Positions 47,516 through 58,037 of a stretch of 64,000 bases of DNA are shown one piece after another. The notes beneath the pieces were generated by a model that had not been told where the DNA came from, made no database searches, and saw only the letters and a list, made by a program, of their open reading frames with translations. The position numbers and the translations under genes were made by a program. The DNA comes from Akkermansia muciniphila (GTDB lineage Bacteria > Verrucomicrobiota > Verrucomicrobiia > Limisphaerales > UBA9464): positions 31,863-95,862 of the forward strand of contig CAMDGV010000006.1 of NCBI GenBank assembly GCA_945898055.1, given 5' to 3'. Position 1 is the first letter of the stretch. Each line of letters opens with the position of its first letter.

Positions 47516-48766
47516 ATGTTCCTCAGATACTTTCAGACAGCGTGTTTTATTAGTGTTCTTTTGACAGGACCCCAGGCTGTTGGAGCGCCCTATTTTCCAA
47601 AGCCAGATGCTCAAGGTGGATGGCGTGCTGCGACCAACGGAACGACAACCTTTAGCCGAGCCGGGTTAGATCCTCAACGGTTGGAACAAGCTTGGAACTA
47701 CACGCGTCGTTGTTCTCAGAACGCTGGACTACTGGTGGTCCGGCACGGTTGGTTAGCACACGAGCGTTATGTCGGCCGGGCAAGTCGACAGGTGAATCCC
47801 GACATGGCTTCTACCGGCAAAGCTTACACCAGTATTGCCTGCGGTATTTTGTTAGAAGAATTCCGCAATCGCCTGTCGGAAGGTTTAAATACAAAAGTAT
47901 TCACCCGCGAATTTCTGCCCGAGGCCTTTGCCAAGGGGGATGCGCTCGATGATCCTCGACGTGCCGATATTACCCTCGGTCATCTTCTTTGCATGAGTGG
48001 CGGCTACACCGGCGAGGGAGGGGCACCGACCGCCGTGGTCTTGGGACGTTCCTTCCCGCTCAAAGCAGTTCCTGGGCAGGATATTCGGGACTTGGATGGT
48101 TCCTCGCTCCGGTGCGCAATGTGGACAAATGCAGGGGCAGGTTATTCCTATTCGTCACCCGAACCTCACATCGCCTCGATGGTCTTACGTCGGGTCAGCG
48201 GCCTGGATCTCAAAGACTATCTTCACGAACGTTTAGCTAAGCCGATGGGGTGGGGGCCTTGGGACTATTGCCTACGGCGAGGTGACTTTGTAATGCCCCA
48301 TTCCAATGGAGCCGGAAGTATCGCTGTCCATGCAACGGATGCTCTCCGGTTTGGCTATTGCCTTTTGCACGAAGGCCGCTGGAACGGACAGCAATTAGTC
48401 CCTGCAAATTACATCAGACTTTGTCACAGTCCCTCGCCCTACAATCCTCACACCCCCTACAGCCTCATGTTTGAGCACAATGCCGATGGTCACGTCGCTG
48501 GAGCCCCTAAGGATGCCTTCTGGAAATCAGGTGCGGGTGGATTTGCTCTCATCATCGTGCCCTCTCTTGACTTGGTGATTTATAAAATGGGCGGCCATCA
48601 CGGACAGTACGATCCAAATTTTACTCGTATCCCACAACCCCAGATGAGCGGGGAACGCGACGACTGGAAGCCGATCCCTCGGACGCCCTTCAATGAAGGG
48701 AGCAATGGGGGAGACGATGGAATCCGGCGAGTGCTCGAAATGGTCTGTGCCGCTACAGTGAACTAA
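47516..48766 (+). CDS. Beta-lactamase-family serine hydrolase (exported).
   Basis: It has a signal peptide and an S-x-x-K motif in MASTGKAYTSIACGILLEE. Overall length and pattern fit class C/esterase-like serine hydrolases. Confidence 0.7.
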   Translation: MFLRYFQTACFISVLLTGPQAVGAPYFPKPDAQGGWRAATNGTTTFSRAGLDPQRLEQAWNYTRRCSQNAGLLVVRHGWLAHERYVGRASRQVNPDMASTGKAYTSIACGILLEEFRNRLSEGLNTKVFTREFLPEAFAKGDALDDPRRADITLGHLLCMSGGYTGEGGAPTAVVLGRSFPLKAVPGQDIRDLDGSSLRCAMWTNAGAGYSYSSPEPHIASMVLRRVSGLDLKDYLHERLAKPMGWGPWDYCLRRGDFVMPHSNGAGSIAVHATDALRFGYCLLHEGRWNGQQLVPANYIRLCHSPSPYNPHTPYSLMFEHNADGHVAGAPKDAFWKSGAGGFALIIVPSLDLVIYKMGGHHGQYDPNFTRIPQPQMSGERDDWKPIPRTPFNEGSNGGDDGIRRVLEMVCAATVN

Positions 48767-49239
48767 TCTTTGCAATTCAAACCAAAGAGCGCCGATGGGG
48801 CACTCAGTGGGCCGCACTCTTCACATCGCATATTTTCAGGGCACAGACTTTAGAAACTGAATCGACGACGCCACCCTAAAAAGGACGACTACAGGAAACT
48901 TGCCTAAGTAAACGAGTCGGTTGTCTGCTCATTGCGACAGGGATTAACAAAAGGGTTTCTCCATCAAATTTAAAAGTTGGAGAACTGATTTAACTAGTCA
49001 TCCCAAGGGGCAACGATTTATCCGAGACAAAGAGACCCCGAGCCGAATTAGGAGGAATGACGTTAATTTTAGGGGATAATCGATCAATTTTGAGTGTAAA
49101 TAAAACGGAAAACTACCCGTTTTACCCTCTCGATCACGGCTGATTTCAATCCCAAGGAAGTCTACTTCCCGAAGAACTTTTAAAAGAACTTCTTGCTCAG
49201 TTCTAGAACAGGCGGTTACTGGTGAGACAGCGTTCACTC

Positions 49240-52065
49240 ATGGGAAAAACTCTTGTCATAGCAGAAAAGCCGTCGGTAGCCGCCGATATTGCTAAATCTC
49301 TGGGCGGCTTTAAACGAGTCGACGACTACTTTGAACGAGAGGACTACATCATTGCCTCAGCGGTTGGTCACCTGCTGGAGATCCGTGCGCCCGAAGAATT
49401 TGAAGCCAAGAAAGGCAAATGGAGTTTTAACGCCCTCCCGGTTATTCCGCCGTATTTCGCCCTAGAACCGCGCGAAAAATCCATCGCCAAACTCAAAACG
49501 CTCCAGAAACTGATCAAGCGCAAAGATGTGGATGCCTTAATCAATGCCTGTGACGCGGGTCGGGAGGGTGAATTGATCTTTCGGTATATCGCCCAGTACT
49601 CTCAGGCTAAACAACCGATCAAACGCCTCTGGCTCCAGTCCATGACGGCGACCGCCATTCGCGATGGCTTCCAACGCCTGCGATCGGATGCCGAAATGCA
49701 ACCCCTCGCCGCTGCCGCAACCTGCCGATCTGAATCCGATTGGCTAGTGGGCATTAACGGTACCCGCGCCATGACGGCCTTCAATTCCAAGGGCGGCGGC
49801 TTTAATAAAACGACGGTCGGCCGCGTTCAGACTCCTACCTTGGCAATCCTCGTCGATCGCGAAGAAAAAATCCGCCGCTTCGTTTCTCGTAATTATTGGG
49901 AACTTCACGCCACATTCGATTGCGCTGCCGGTTCTTACCCGGGTCGATGGTTCGATGAACGCTTCACCCGCCCTCAAGCCGGGAAAGATGCGGGGAAAGA
50001 TGCCGGCGAAGCTTTGCGAGCTGAACGTCTTTGGGATGCGACTCGAGCGGCAGAAATCAAGGCTCGGTGCCTCGGTAAACCCGGGGTCGTTACTGAAGAA
50101 AGCAAGCCGTCTTCTCGAGTTTCACCCCCGCTTTTTGATCTCACCAGCCTGCAGCGCGAGGCCAATAAACGCTACGGGCTTTCGGCGAGTCGGACGCTTC
50201 AGATTGCTCAGGCTCTCTACGAACGACATAAAGTCCTCACTTATCCGCGTACCGATTCCAAAGCCCTGCCGGAAGACTATCTCGGAACCGTCCGCGGAGT
50301 TCTCGATACTATGTCTTCCAGTTCGTATGCCCGGTTCGCTGGCACCATTCTCCAACAAGGCTGGGTACGCCCCAATAAACGGATTTTTAATAACGCGAAT
50401 GTAAGTGATCACTTCGCGATCGTTCCCACCAATGTGGAACCGAAAAATCTTAGCGATATCGAACTGCGAATTTATGATCTCGTCACCAAACGCTTCCTCG
50501 CCGTCTTCTACCCAGCCGCGGAATACCTCATTACGACTCGGATTACTCGGGTGGTCGGTGAACCTTTCAAAACCGAAGGTAAAGTTTTAGTCAAAGCCGG
50601 TTGGTTAGAAATCTATGGCCGCGAATCGGTTGCTAGTTCCGATAGCGAGGAATCTACAGCCAACCTCGTTCCAATCGCCTCGGGTGAATCAGTGACCACG
50701 CGAGAGATCGAAATCAAGGCCAACCAAACGAAGCCGCCTCCTCGCCATACCGAGGCCACTCTACTCGGTGCCATGGAAGGAGCGGGAAAACTGGTCGATG
50801 ACGACGAACTCCGTGAAGCGATGGCGGAACGAGGTCTCGGTACCCCAGCGACCCGTGCCTCAGTCATTGAAGGGTTAGTCGACGAAGAATACCTGCATCG
50901 CGCTAACAATGAACTTCAACCCACGGGTAAGGCTTTTATGCTCCTCGCCTTGCTCCGGGGACTCGGTATCGAAGAACTGAGCAAACCGGAACTGACCGGC
51001 GAATGGGAACATAAGCTCAAAGAGATGGAGGCTGGCCGCTATACTAGGCCCCGTTTCATGCAGGACATCGCCGAGATGACCCGCCGTATCGTCGAACGAA
51101 CTAAGGCCTTTCAAGGCGATGAAGTTCCCGGTGATTTTGGTAATCTAAAAACCCCCTGCCCCAAATGTGGCGGGACTGTAAAAGAGAATTATCGTCGATT
51201 CCAATGCGGTCATTGTGACTTCAGCCTTCCTAAATTCCTCGCGAGTCGCTTGATGGAATCGACGGAAATGGAACAACTCAGTATCGAGGGCTGTCTGGGG
51301 CCTCTCCAAGGTTTTCGTTCTCGGCAGGGATTCCCGTTTGCCGCATTGCTCAAACTCGATCCCGAAAAGAAACTGGTCTTCGACTTCGGCGATGACAAAG
51401 CGGCCGATGGTAGTTCCGTTGACGTTGATTTCACCGGCAAGGAACCCGTTGGTCACTGCCCGAAATGCAAATCAGATGTCTTTGAGAACGGACTAAATTA
51501 CGTTTGCAAAGCCTCGGTTGGGTCTGCCAAAACCTGCGATTTTAAAACAGGAACACTCATCCTTCAGCAATCCATCGACCGGACCCAAGTTGCCAAACTT
51601 CTCGAGGTCGGCAAAACTGATCTTCTCAAGGACTTTGTTTCCAAGAAAACAGGCCGGAAATTTGAGGCCTTTCTTACCTTTAAAGAGGGCAAAGTTTCTT
51701 TTGAATTCGCTCTCCGCGAAAAAAAGTTTCCTCTGAAGGGCAAAAAAGCCACTGAACCTGAACCTCCCCTCGATTTCACTGGTCAGATATCTCTGGGAGC
51801 TTGTCCTAATTGTAAATCAAAGGTTTTCGAAGGACCGACCTATTGGATTTGCGAAAAATCCCAAGCTGAAACCCGCAAATGCACCTTCAAAGTCGGAAAG
51901 AAAATTCTCGAACAGCCCGTGGATCGTGCCGAGGTCGAAAAACTGCTCAAGGACGGTCGAACCGAACCGCTAACTCAGTTTATCTCTAAAGCGGGCAAAC
52001 CTTTCACCGCACATCTGGTGCTCGGCCAACGGGGTAAGGTCGAGTTTGAATTCCCCGACCGTTAG
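49240..52065 (+). CDS. topB: DNA topoisomerase III with three C-terminal zinc-ribbon/'topoisomerase C-terminal repeat' modules.
   Basis: MGKTLVIAEKPSVAADIAKSLGG (Toprim), ASAVGHLLE, NACDAGREGELIFR, QSMT and LTYPRTDS (active-site Tyr region). Three CxxC...C modules each end in a ...F(E/D)F block (PCPKCGG.., GHCPKCKS.., GACPNCKS..). The ATG at 49240 is preferred over the GTG at 49222. Confidence 0.88.
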   Translation: MGKTLVIAEKPSVAADIAKSLGGFKRVDDYFEREDYIIASAVGHLLEIRAPEEFEAKKGKWSFNALPVIPPYFALEPREKSIAKLKTLQKLIKRKDVDALINACDAGREGELIFRYIAQYSQAKQPIKRLWLQSMTATAIRDGFQRLRSDAEMQPLAAAATCRSESDWLVGINGTRAMTAFNSKGGGFNKTTVGRVQTPTLAILVDREEKIRRFVSRNYWELHATFDCAAGSYPGRWFDERFTRPQAGKDAGKDAGEALRAERLWDATRAAEIKARCLGKPGVVTEESKPSSRVSPPLFDLTSLQREANKRYGLSASRTLQIAQALYERHKVLTYPRTDSKALPEDYLGTVRGVLDTMSSSSYARFAGTILQQGWVRPNKRIFNNANVSDHFAIVPTNVEPKNLSDIELRIYDLVTKRFLAVFYPAAEYLITTRITRVVGEPFKTEGKVLVKAGWLEIYGRESVASSDSEESTANLVPIASGESVTTREIEIKANQTKPPPRHTEATLLGAMEGAGKLVDDDELREAMAERGLGTPATRASVIEGLVDEEYLHRANNELQPTGKAFMLLALLRGLGIEELSKPELTGEWEHKLKEMEAGRYTRPRFMQDIAEMTRRIVERTKAFQGDEVPGDFGNLKTPCPKCGGTVKENYRRFQCGHCDFSLPKFLASRLMESTEMEQLSIEGCLGPLQGFRSRQGFPFAALLKLDPEKKLVFDFGDDKAADGSSVDVDFTGKEPVGHCPKCKSDVFENGLNYVCKASVGSAKTCDFKTGTLILQQSIDRTQVAKLLEVGKTDLLKDFVSKKTGRKFEAFLTFKEGKVSFEFALREKKFPLKGKKATEPEPPLDFTGQISLGACPNCKSKVFEGPTYWICEKSQAETRKCTFKVGKKILEQPVDRAEVEKLLKDGRTEPLTQFISKAGKPFTAHLVLGQRGKVEFEFPDR

Positions 52066-52276
52066 CCCTTTACGAAAGACAGTATCAACCGTCTTAAACC
52101 GATTCGTACACCAACCGAACCAGTGGCCAAGGCTAACACGCCCTCAGAAAACTACCGCTCTCAGGGTTGCAGAGAGCCATTCTAACGATAAGCTTGTCTG
52201 CTGACCGTAAACCTCACCCCTCCAGTGAAGCCAATCCGACAGCCTCCAATTTTTCCTATTTAAGCCCAAAAATTCT

Positions 52277-52936
52277 ATGAATCAGACTCAAATCAACTCT
52301 CTCGTTCTCGCTTCTGTTTTAAGCGCCCCTTCTCTTTTAGCAGGTACCAATGGCTTTTACGTCCCCTCTTTCCGAGGTGCCGCAGGTACCGATGTCAGTG
52401 GTTGGGATCGCTTCACCTCCGGTGCAACAATCGCCAACTTGCCCGACCTGTTGAGATCCACTACCGGCACTCGCGCCACTCTCACCCAGTTAGATCCCAT
52501 CGGAGCGGTGCTCGGTAGCGGCAATCTCTACGTTGGCTTCGGCACTGGTAACTTTAATATCGCCTACAACAACAGTAAGCCAATCGCTGAAATTAATCTT
52601 CAGATCCGAACCTTAGGCACTGAGATGGACTATTCCGGGCTGCGCCTGAATTTCACCGGCGCTCAGGGCGCAGTCTCTCTCCCCGCCTCAGGTCGCATCC
52701 TCAATGAAACGCTCGCACAACCCGCCGGTAAAAATATTTCGATCGACTACACTTGGACTCTCTCTGACCCCACCGTCAAAGCATTTAATGTCACCTTCAA
52801 ATCCTCAGGCGAACATCTCAGTCTCGATGCCGTCACCTTAGATGTCCGTTCCCAAGGTGCCGTACCAGAACCCGCTGCTTGGACCCTCGCCTGCCTCGGG
52901 GTCGGTGCACTCGCATGGTCCATTCGTCGGCGTTGA
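52277..52936 (+). CDS. PEP-CTERM sorting-domain protein.
   Basis: It has a signal peptide (LVLASVLSAPSLLAG). The C-terminus is VPEPAAWTLACLGVGALAWSIRRR. Confidence 0.8.
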   Translation: MNQTQINSLVLASVLSAPSLLAGTNGFYVPSFRGAAGTDVSGWDRFTSGATIANLPDLLRSTTGTRATLTQLDPIGAVLGSGNLYVGFGTGNFNIAYNNSKPIAEINLQIRTLGTEMDYSGLRLNFTGAQGAVSLPASGRILNETLAQPAGKNISIDYTWTLSDPTVKAFNVTFKSSGEHLSLDAVTLDVRSQGAVPEPAAWTLACLGVGALAWSIRRR

Positions 52937-52975
52937 TCCACAAATTCTCAGGTAACTCTCCTCGGGAATCCTCTG

Positions 52976-53002
52976 AACCAGCCTAAAACGCTGGTTTTTT
53001 TT
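52976..53002 (+). terminator. Rho-independent terminator.
   Basis: The stem aaccagc / gctggtt with a 7-nt loop is followed by a T-run of about eight T residues. Confidence 0.75.
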
Positions 53003-53081
53003 GAGTCAAGTCCTCAAAACTTTCAAAAGAATCAAGCCGGCCCTTGCATCGGCGTGCGGCGCAAATACCTTTCCCGACTTT

Positions 53082-56000
53082 ATGCGTTCACAGATTGCTC
53101 ATCGTGCACCTTGGGTCTCCTCTTTGACTGCCCTCCTCGCCCTTGCTGCTCCTCTTTCTGCAGAACACAAACTCGGCCCTCAACAAACCTCGTTCCAAGC
53201 TCCTAAGATTGCCGCTGCTTCCGATGAAGGCTTAAAGGCAATTAAACGTTTCTCCTATCCCGCCGGTTGGAAAGCCGATCTTTGGTCCTCTGAACCTGAT
53301 GTGGCTCACGGCGTTGCCTTTCACGTCGCTGACGATGGGCGTGTCTTTGTAGCGGAAAGCTTCCGCGCTTGGCGTGGGGTCCCAGATATTCGCGGAATTA
53401 TGCCTTGGCTCGATGAAGATCTGGCCTGCCGCTCGGTCGATGACCGTCTCGCAATGATGCAACGGAATCTTAAACCAGAGGAAATGGCCGGCTACTTCCT
53501 CAATACTGAACGTGTTCGGCTTCTTCGCGATACCAAAGGCACCGGTAAAGCAGATATTTCAACGGTCTTCGCCGAGAACTTTGCTACCCCTCTCGATGGC
53601 GTCGCATCCGGTGTCTTTGCTCTCGGTAAAGATGTCTTTTTCGCTAATATCCCCAATGTTTGGCACCTGAGCGACATTGATGGCGATGGCATCGCTGATA
53701 CCCGACGCAGCATCAGTTACGGTCATGGAATCCGAGTCGGGTTCCTCGGTCACGACCTCCATGGGTTGGTCTTCGGTCCGGATGGCAAACTCTATTTCTC
53801 CATCGGCGACCGAGCTTCAATGCTTAAAACGGAAGGTCACACCGTCGGCACTCCCGATGCTGGAGCCATCTTTCGCTGCCAACCCGACGGTTCAGGGATG
53901 GAAATGGTCTATATGGGCCTCCGTAATCCTCAGGATCTGGTGTTCGATGAGTGGGGAGATCTCTTCACGGGTGATAACAATTCCGACGGTGGCGATCAGG
54001 CTCGTTGGACTTGGCTAGTCGAAGGCGGTGATAGCGGGTGGCGTATTGGTTGGCAATTTCTCGAAGGAGCTAACGCCCCGAATCCTCGCGGTCCTTGGAA
54101 CTCAGAAAAAATGTGGTATCCACAAAACGACCTTCAACCCGCCTACCTCACTCCGCCGATCAAAAACATTACCTCAGGCCCCAGTGGGGTAAGCTACTAC
54201 GAGGGCACCGGCGCGGGCCCTGAGTGGAACGGCACCTTTACCCTCTGTGACTTCCGCGGTAGTTCCAGTGGGTCTGGTCTTTGGAAGTTTAAACTTAAAC
54301 CAAAGGGAGCCGGCTTCGAAATCGTGGGTGATGAAAAATTTATCTGGTCGGTCAATGCGACCGATGGCCATTGGGGCCCTGACGGCGCCTTTTGGGTGCT
54401 AGACTGGTACGATGGCTGGGAACCGGTCGGCAAAGGTCGCATTTATCGCTTCAGCGATCCCAATGTCGCCGCCTCAACTCTCGTCACCGAAACTCGATCC
54501 CTCCTCGCTCAAGGCTTTACCCATCGAACAGTCGGAGATCTCTCCCGATTGCTGGCCCACCCCAACTACCGAGTCCGCCTCGGTGCTCAGTTCGAACTCG
54601 CCGCGCGCAATGAAGACAAACCTCTTCTCCAAGCCGCTCTCTCGGGTAAAACAATCCAAAGCCGTTTGCACGGTCTGTGGGGTTCTGGCCAAATTGCTCG
54701 CGCCTCTGGAAAGACAACTCGACCCGAGGCCAAAATCGAAATCCTCGAACGTCTTATCCCCCTCTGTGCCGATCCTGAACCGCACGTTCGGACCGTGGCC
54801 GCTCGGGTCCTCGGCGATGCCGCTTATGGTCGCGCTTATTCTGCACTCGTCCAACTCACTACCGACTCCGATCCTCACACGCGGGCCCTCGGAACGATCG
54901 CCCTCTCCAAACTCGGTCGACGCGAATCCATTCCTGCCGCTTTCGCTCTCCTCGCGGACAATGCCGACAAGGATCCCTACCTGCGGCACGCCGGCGTCCA
55001 AGCCTTGCTCGGGGCCAATGATATCGATGCTCTTCTTAATCAGGTAAAGCATCCCTCCGAATCGGTTCGCTTGGGTATCGTCCTCGCTCTTCGCAAATTA
55101 GAGCGAAATGAAATCGCTCTCTTCCTCAATGACCCCTCTCCCAAAGTCGTCACCGAGGCCGCCCGCGCTATCAATGATCAACCCATCACCGGTGCGATGG
55201 AGGCTCTCGCCAAACTCATCACCCAACCCGCTACCGACCACGCTCCCCTCCTCCGTCGCGTTCTCAACGCCAATTACCGCTTCGGCACTCCGGCCACCGC
55301 CAAGGCACTCGCCAATTTCGCTGCCATGGCTTCGGCCCCTGAATCTCTTCGCGCCGAAGCCCTCGATGCTCTCGCTCTCTGGCCTTCCAATCCCGGTCGT
55401 GACCGCGTTACTGGACTCTGGCGCCCAACCGCTTTTGCCCGCAATACCACCACCCCGAGCGACGCCCTTAATCCCTTGGCCGTCAGCCTTCTCACCACGA
55501 CTCCCAATAAAGTCCGGGCCGCTGCGGCCCGCGCTGCTGGCACTCTAAAGCTCACTCAAGCAGGCCCCTCCTTGGTCAAACTCATCATTGACCCACAGGC
55601 CGATGGTGCCACCCGCGTCGATGCTCTCCGTGCCCTCTCGCTTCTTCAAACGGCCGACTACGCCGAGGGGTTGGCGGCAGCAGCTAAAGATCCGGACGAA
55701 AAGGTCCGCAGTCTTGCCACTAAACTCGCGGTCGAACAACCGCCGCTCACGCAAAAGGCCACGCCAGCAACTGCCGCAACTGCCGCAACTGGCCTTGCCA
55801 CGCTAGAATCAGTTCTTCTCTCCGGCACTCTGATCGAAAAACAAGGTGCTTTAGCCACCCTCGCCGGGCTTCCTGGTCTAGAGGTTGACGCCCTGATCAC
55901 CGCTTGGATGAACCGAGTTCTTGCGGGGACTGTGCCCGCCGAACTTCAACTCGACGTCCTAGATGCCGCTGCCAAACGTCCAAGCTTAAAGTCGCTCTTA

Positions 56001-56483
56001 GCAAAATACGAAGCCGCTCTCGATCCCAAAGACCCGACGGCTCGTTGGAAAGTATCGCTCCTAGGAGGTAATGCTGAAGAAGGTAAAAAAATCTTCGCAG
56101 AACGAGCCGAAGTGAGTTGCATTCGTTGCCATAAAATCAGTGGAGAAGGTGGAGAAGTCGGACCAGAACTTACTGGCTTAGGGAAGAAAAACGGACGCGC
56201 TTACCTCCTCACCAGTATCGTTTTTCCCAATGCTGCTATTGCTCAAGGTTTCGAAAATATCCTCGTCACGCTCAAGGGAGGGCAAGCTTATGCTGGCATT
56301 ATCAAATCGGAGTCAACGGATGAACTCCTGCTGAATTCGCCAGAGGATGGTTTGGTGAAAATCAAAAAAACAGAAATTCAAAGCCGAGAAAAGAGTCTGT
56401 CAGGGATGCCAGAAGGCTTTGGTGAGCTGCTTTCGGGTCAAGATCTACGCCATCTCATCGAGTACTTGGCTACCGCCGAATGA
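53082..56483 (+). CDS. PVC-type tripartite protein: a beta-propeller dehydrogenase-like domain, HEAT repeats, and a C-terminal c-type cytochrome (CxxCH) domain.
   Basis: The ATG at 53082 gives a signal peptide (..WVSSLTALLALAAPLSA). Propeller blocks are present (SDIDGDGIADTR; GPDGKLYFSIGD; DNNSDGGDQ). HEAT-like repeats include DPEPHVRTVAARVLG, DSDPHTRALGTIAL, HPSESVRLGIVLAL and DPDEKVRSLA. The C-terminal CIRCHK heme-binding motif is followed by GPELTG. The TTG at 53001 lies inside the upstream terminator. Confidence 0.8.
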   Translation: MRSQIAHRAPWVSSLTALLALAAPLSAEHKLGPQQTSFQAPKIAAASDEGLKAIKRFSYPAGWKADLWSSEPDVAHGVAFHVADDGRVFVAESFRAWRGVPDIRGIMPWLDEDLACRSVDDRLAMMQRNLKPEEMAGYFLNTERVRLLRDTKGTGKADISTVFAENFATPLDGVASGVFALGKDVFFANIPNVWHLSDIDGDGIADTRRSISYGHGIRVGFLGHDLHGLVFGPDGKLYFSIGDRASMLKTEGHTVGTPDAGAIFRCQPDGSGMEMVYMGLRNPQDLVFDEWGDLFTGDNNSDGGDQARWTWLVEGGDSGWRIGWQFLEGANAPNPRGPWNSEKMWYPQNDLQPAYLTPPIKNITSGPSGVSYYEGTGAGPEWNGTFTLCDFRGSSSGSGLWKFKLKPKGAGFEIVGDEKFIWSVNATDGHWGPDGAFWVLDWYDGWEPVGKGRIYRFSDPNVAASTLVTETRSLLAQGFTHRTVGDLSRLLAHPNYRVRLGAQFELAARNEDKPLLQAALSGKTIQSRLHGLWGSGQIARASGKTTRPEAKIEILERLIPLCADPEPHVRTVAARVLGDAAYGRAYSALVQLTTDSDPHTRALGTIALSKLGRRESIPAAFALLADNADKDPYLRHAGVQALLGANDIDALLNQVKHPSESVRLGIVLALRKLERNEIALFLNDPSPKVVTEAARAINDQPITGAMEALAKLITQPATDHAPLLRRVLNANYRFGTPATAKALANFAAMASAPESLRAEALDALALWPSNPGRDRVTGLWRPTAFARNTTTPSDALNPLAVSLLTTTPNKVRAAAARAAGTLKLTQAGPSLVKLIIDPQADGATRVDALRALSLLQTADYAEGLAAAAKDPDEKVRSLATKLAVEQPPLTQKATPATAATAATGLATLESVLLSGTLIEKQGALATLAGLPGLEVDALITAWMNRVLAGTVPAELQLDVLDAAAKRPSLKSLLAKYEAALDPKDPTARWKVSLLGGNAEEGKKIFAERAEVSCIRCHKISGEGGEVGPELTGLGKKNGRAYLLTSIVFPNAAIAQGFENILVTLKGGQAYAGIIKSESTDELLLNSPEDGLVKIKKTEIQSREKSLSGMPEGFGELLSGQDLRHLIEYLATAE

Positions 56484-56601
56484 TCTAATTCGCGTAAATC
56501 AGCGTGTAGCTCATAATAACGGGTGCTTGAATCGACCTCCTGCTTCACCATTCCTTGAGTTCAAATCATAGCCCATCTCACTGTTATCTCTCACGGTTAG
56601 T

Positions 56602-57507
56602 ATGCTTCCCACGGATTATATTAGACGACTGCGGCAGATCGAGGTGCGCGCGCGGGTTATTAGCGAACAATTGATGGGCGGACGAATTCCTAGTGTCTTC
56701 AAGGGACGAGGAATGGACTTCGCCGACGTTCGCGAATACGTCCCAGGTGATGATGTTCGCCGAATCGATTGGAATGTCACCGCACGCTTACGCAAACCTT
56801 TCATCAAACGTCATGTCGAAGAACGTGAGTTGGTAGTGATGCTACTGATCGACCTTTCTGCGAGCGGTCACTTCGGCACGGCCCTAGGTCCCGATGCCCC
56901 AGAATCCAAGCGCGAATTGGCCGCCATCCTTGCCGGAGCTCTGGCGTTCAGTGCGGTCCGAGACGGGGATCGCGTCGGAGCTATTTTCTTCACCGACCGA
57001 GTAGAAAAATACATTCCCCCTCGCAAAACTCGGGCTCATATCACCCGACTCCTCCACGCTCTTCTCTTCACCACTCCAAAGAGTTCCCGTACCGCAATCG
57101 CATCGGGTCTAAATTTCCTCAATAACCTGTTTCGCAGACCCACTCTCGCCTTTGTTTTGTCGGACTTTCAGGAAACCGACGACGCCGATTGGACCCGCCG
57201 ACTCAAAGCCACAAATCAGCGTCACGCAGTGATCGCCCTTCGCTTAACCGACCCTCGGGAATTGGAATTACCCAACGTCGGGATCGCACTCCTTGAAGAC
57301 GCAGAATCTGGCGAAGTCGTCGAAGTCGATACCGGCGATCCAAAAGTCCGCGACGCTTGGTCCGCGATTGCCAACGAGCGTGCCCTCGAATTACGTGCCA
57401 CTTTCCGCCGCAGTCGTGTCCCCGAATTAGAAGTCCGCACCGATCAACCTTGGGCCCAAAATCTCCAACGTTTCCTGGATGTCGCCGCTAAACGGAAAAT
57501 CCTATGA
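56602..57507 (+). CDS. DUF58-family protein (MoxR-associated, vWA-like).
   Basis: FKGRGMDFADVREYVPGDDVRRIDWNVTAR is the DUF58 signature. LLIDLSASGHFG is a degenerate MIDAS-like motif. Confidence 0.88.
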   Translation: MLPTDYIRRLRQIEVRARVISEQLMGGRIPSVFKGRGMDFADVREYVPGDDVRRIDWNVTARLRKPFIKRHVEERELVVMLLIDLSASGHFGTALGPDAPESKRELAAILAGALAFSAVRDGDRVGAIFFTDRVEKYIPPRKTRAHITRLLHALLFTTPKSSRTAIASGLNFLNNLFRRPTLAFVLSDFQETDDADWTRRLKATNQRHAVIALRLTDPRELELPNVGIALLEDAESGEVVEVDTGDPKVRDAWSAIANERALELRATFRRSRVPELEVRTDQPWAQNLQRFLDVAAKRKIL

Positions 57508-58037
57508 CCAACCAGATTCTCATCGAAGATCTTTCTCTGGTGGCACTTCCTGCTTGGTGGGAGAATCCTTGGCTTCTTTTCACTCTGCCGGTTCTTGTTG
57601 GGGTTCTTTTCTACCTAATGACTCGCTGGTGGCAATCCCGTCGTGCCCCCATCCAATCTAGGCCGGTTACGGAAGGCCCCCCCGTGCACGATGAATTCCT
57701 TCGTCGCCTCCAAGCACTACGCGACCGCCGCCCCTCCATCGAAGCTTATCTGCTGGGAATTGAGGTAAGCGAAATTTTGCGAGGCTACTTGGAAGCTCAA
57801 TTTCGTTTCGATATCCGCTACCAAACCACTCGTGAATTCCTCACTTCGGTCGCTTCTGATTCTCGATTTACTTCAGAAAAACGAGAGGCTTTAGCAGGTT
57901 TCCTCCAACACTGTGACGCCGTCAAGTTTGCCAACCAAACCCCCTCAGGCGCGGAACAGGACGGTCTACTGGATACAGCCGAAAAGGTGATCCGCGGGAA
58001 CTCACCTCCAACGCTTAAAACCGAGGGAAACCGATGA
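57504..58037 (+). CDS. Small membrane protein at the DUF4381-like position of bat operons.
   Basis: It has a single TM (PWLLFTLPVLVGVLFYLMTRWW) near the N-terminus and an ATGA overlap with the DUF58 gene. The assignment rests on position and topology only. Confidence 0.5.
   Translation: MTNQILIEDLSLVALPAWWENPWLLFTLPVLVGVLFYLMTRWWQSRRAPIQSRPVTEGPPVHDEFLRRLQALRDRRPSIEAYLLGIEVSEILRGYLEAQFRFDIRYQTTREFLTSVASDSRFTSEKREALAGFLQHCDAVKFANQTPSGAEQDGLLDTAEKVIRGNSPPTLKTEGNR

Noticed and set aside
53001-53081. The ORF-track start (TTG at 53001) for the 1,160-aa heme/HEAT protein.
   Set aside because: The TTG lies within the T-run of the upstream terminator. The ATG at 53082 yields a normal signal peptide (..SSLTALLALAAPLSA).
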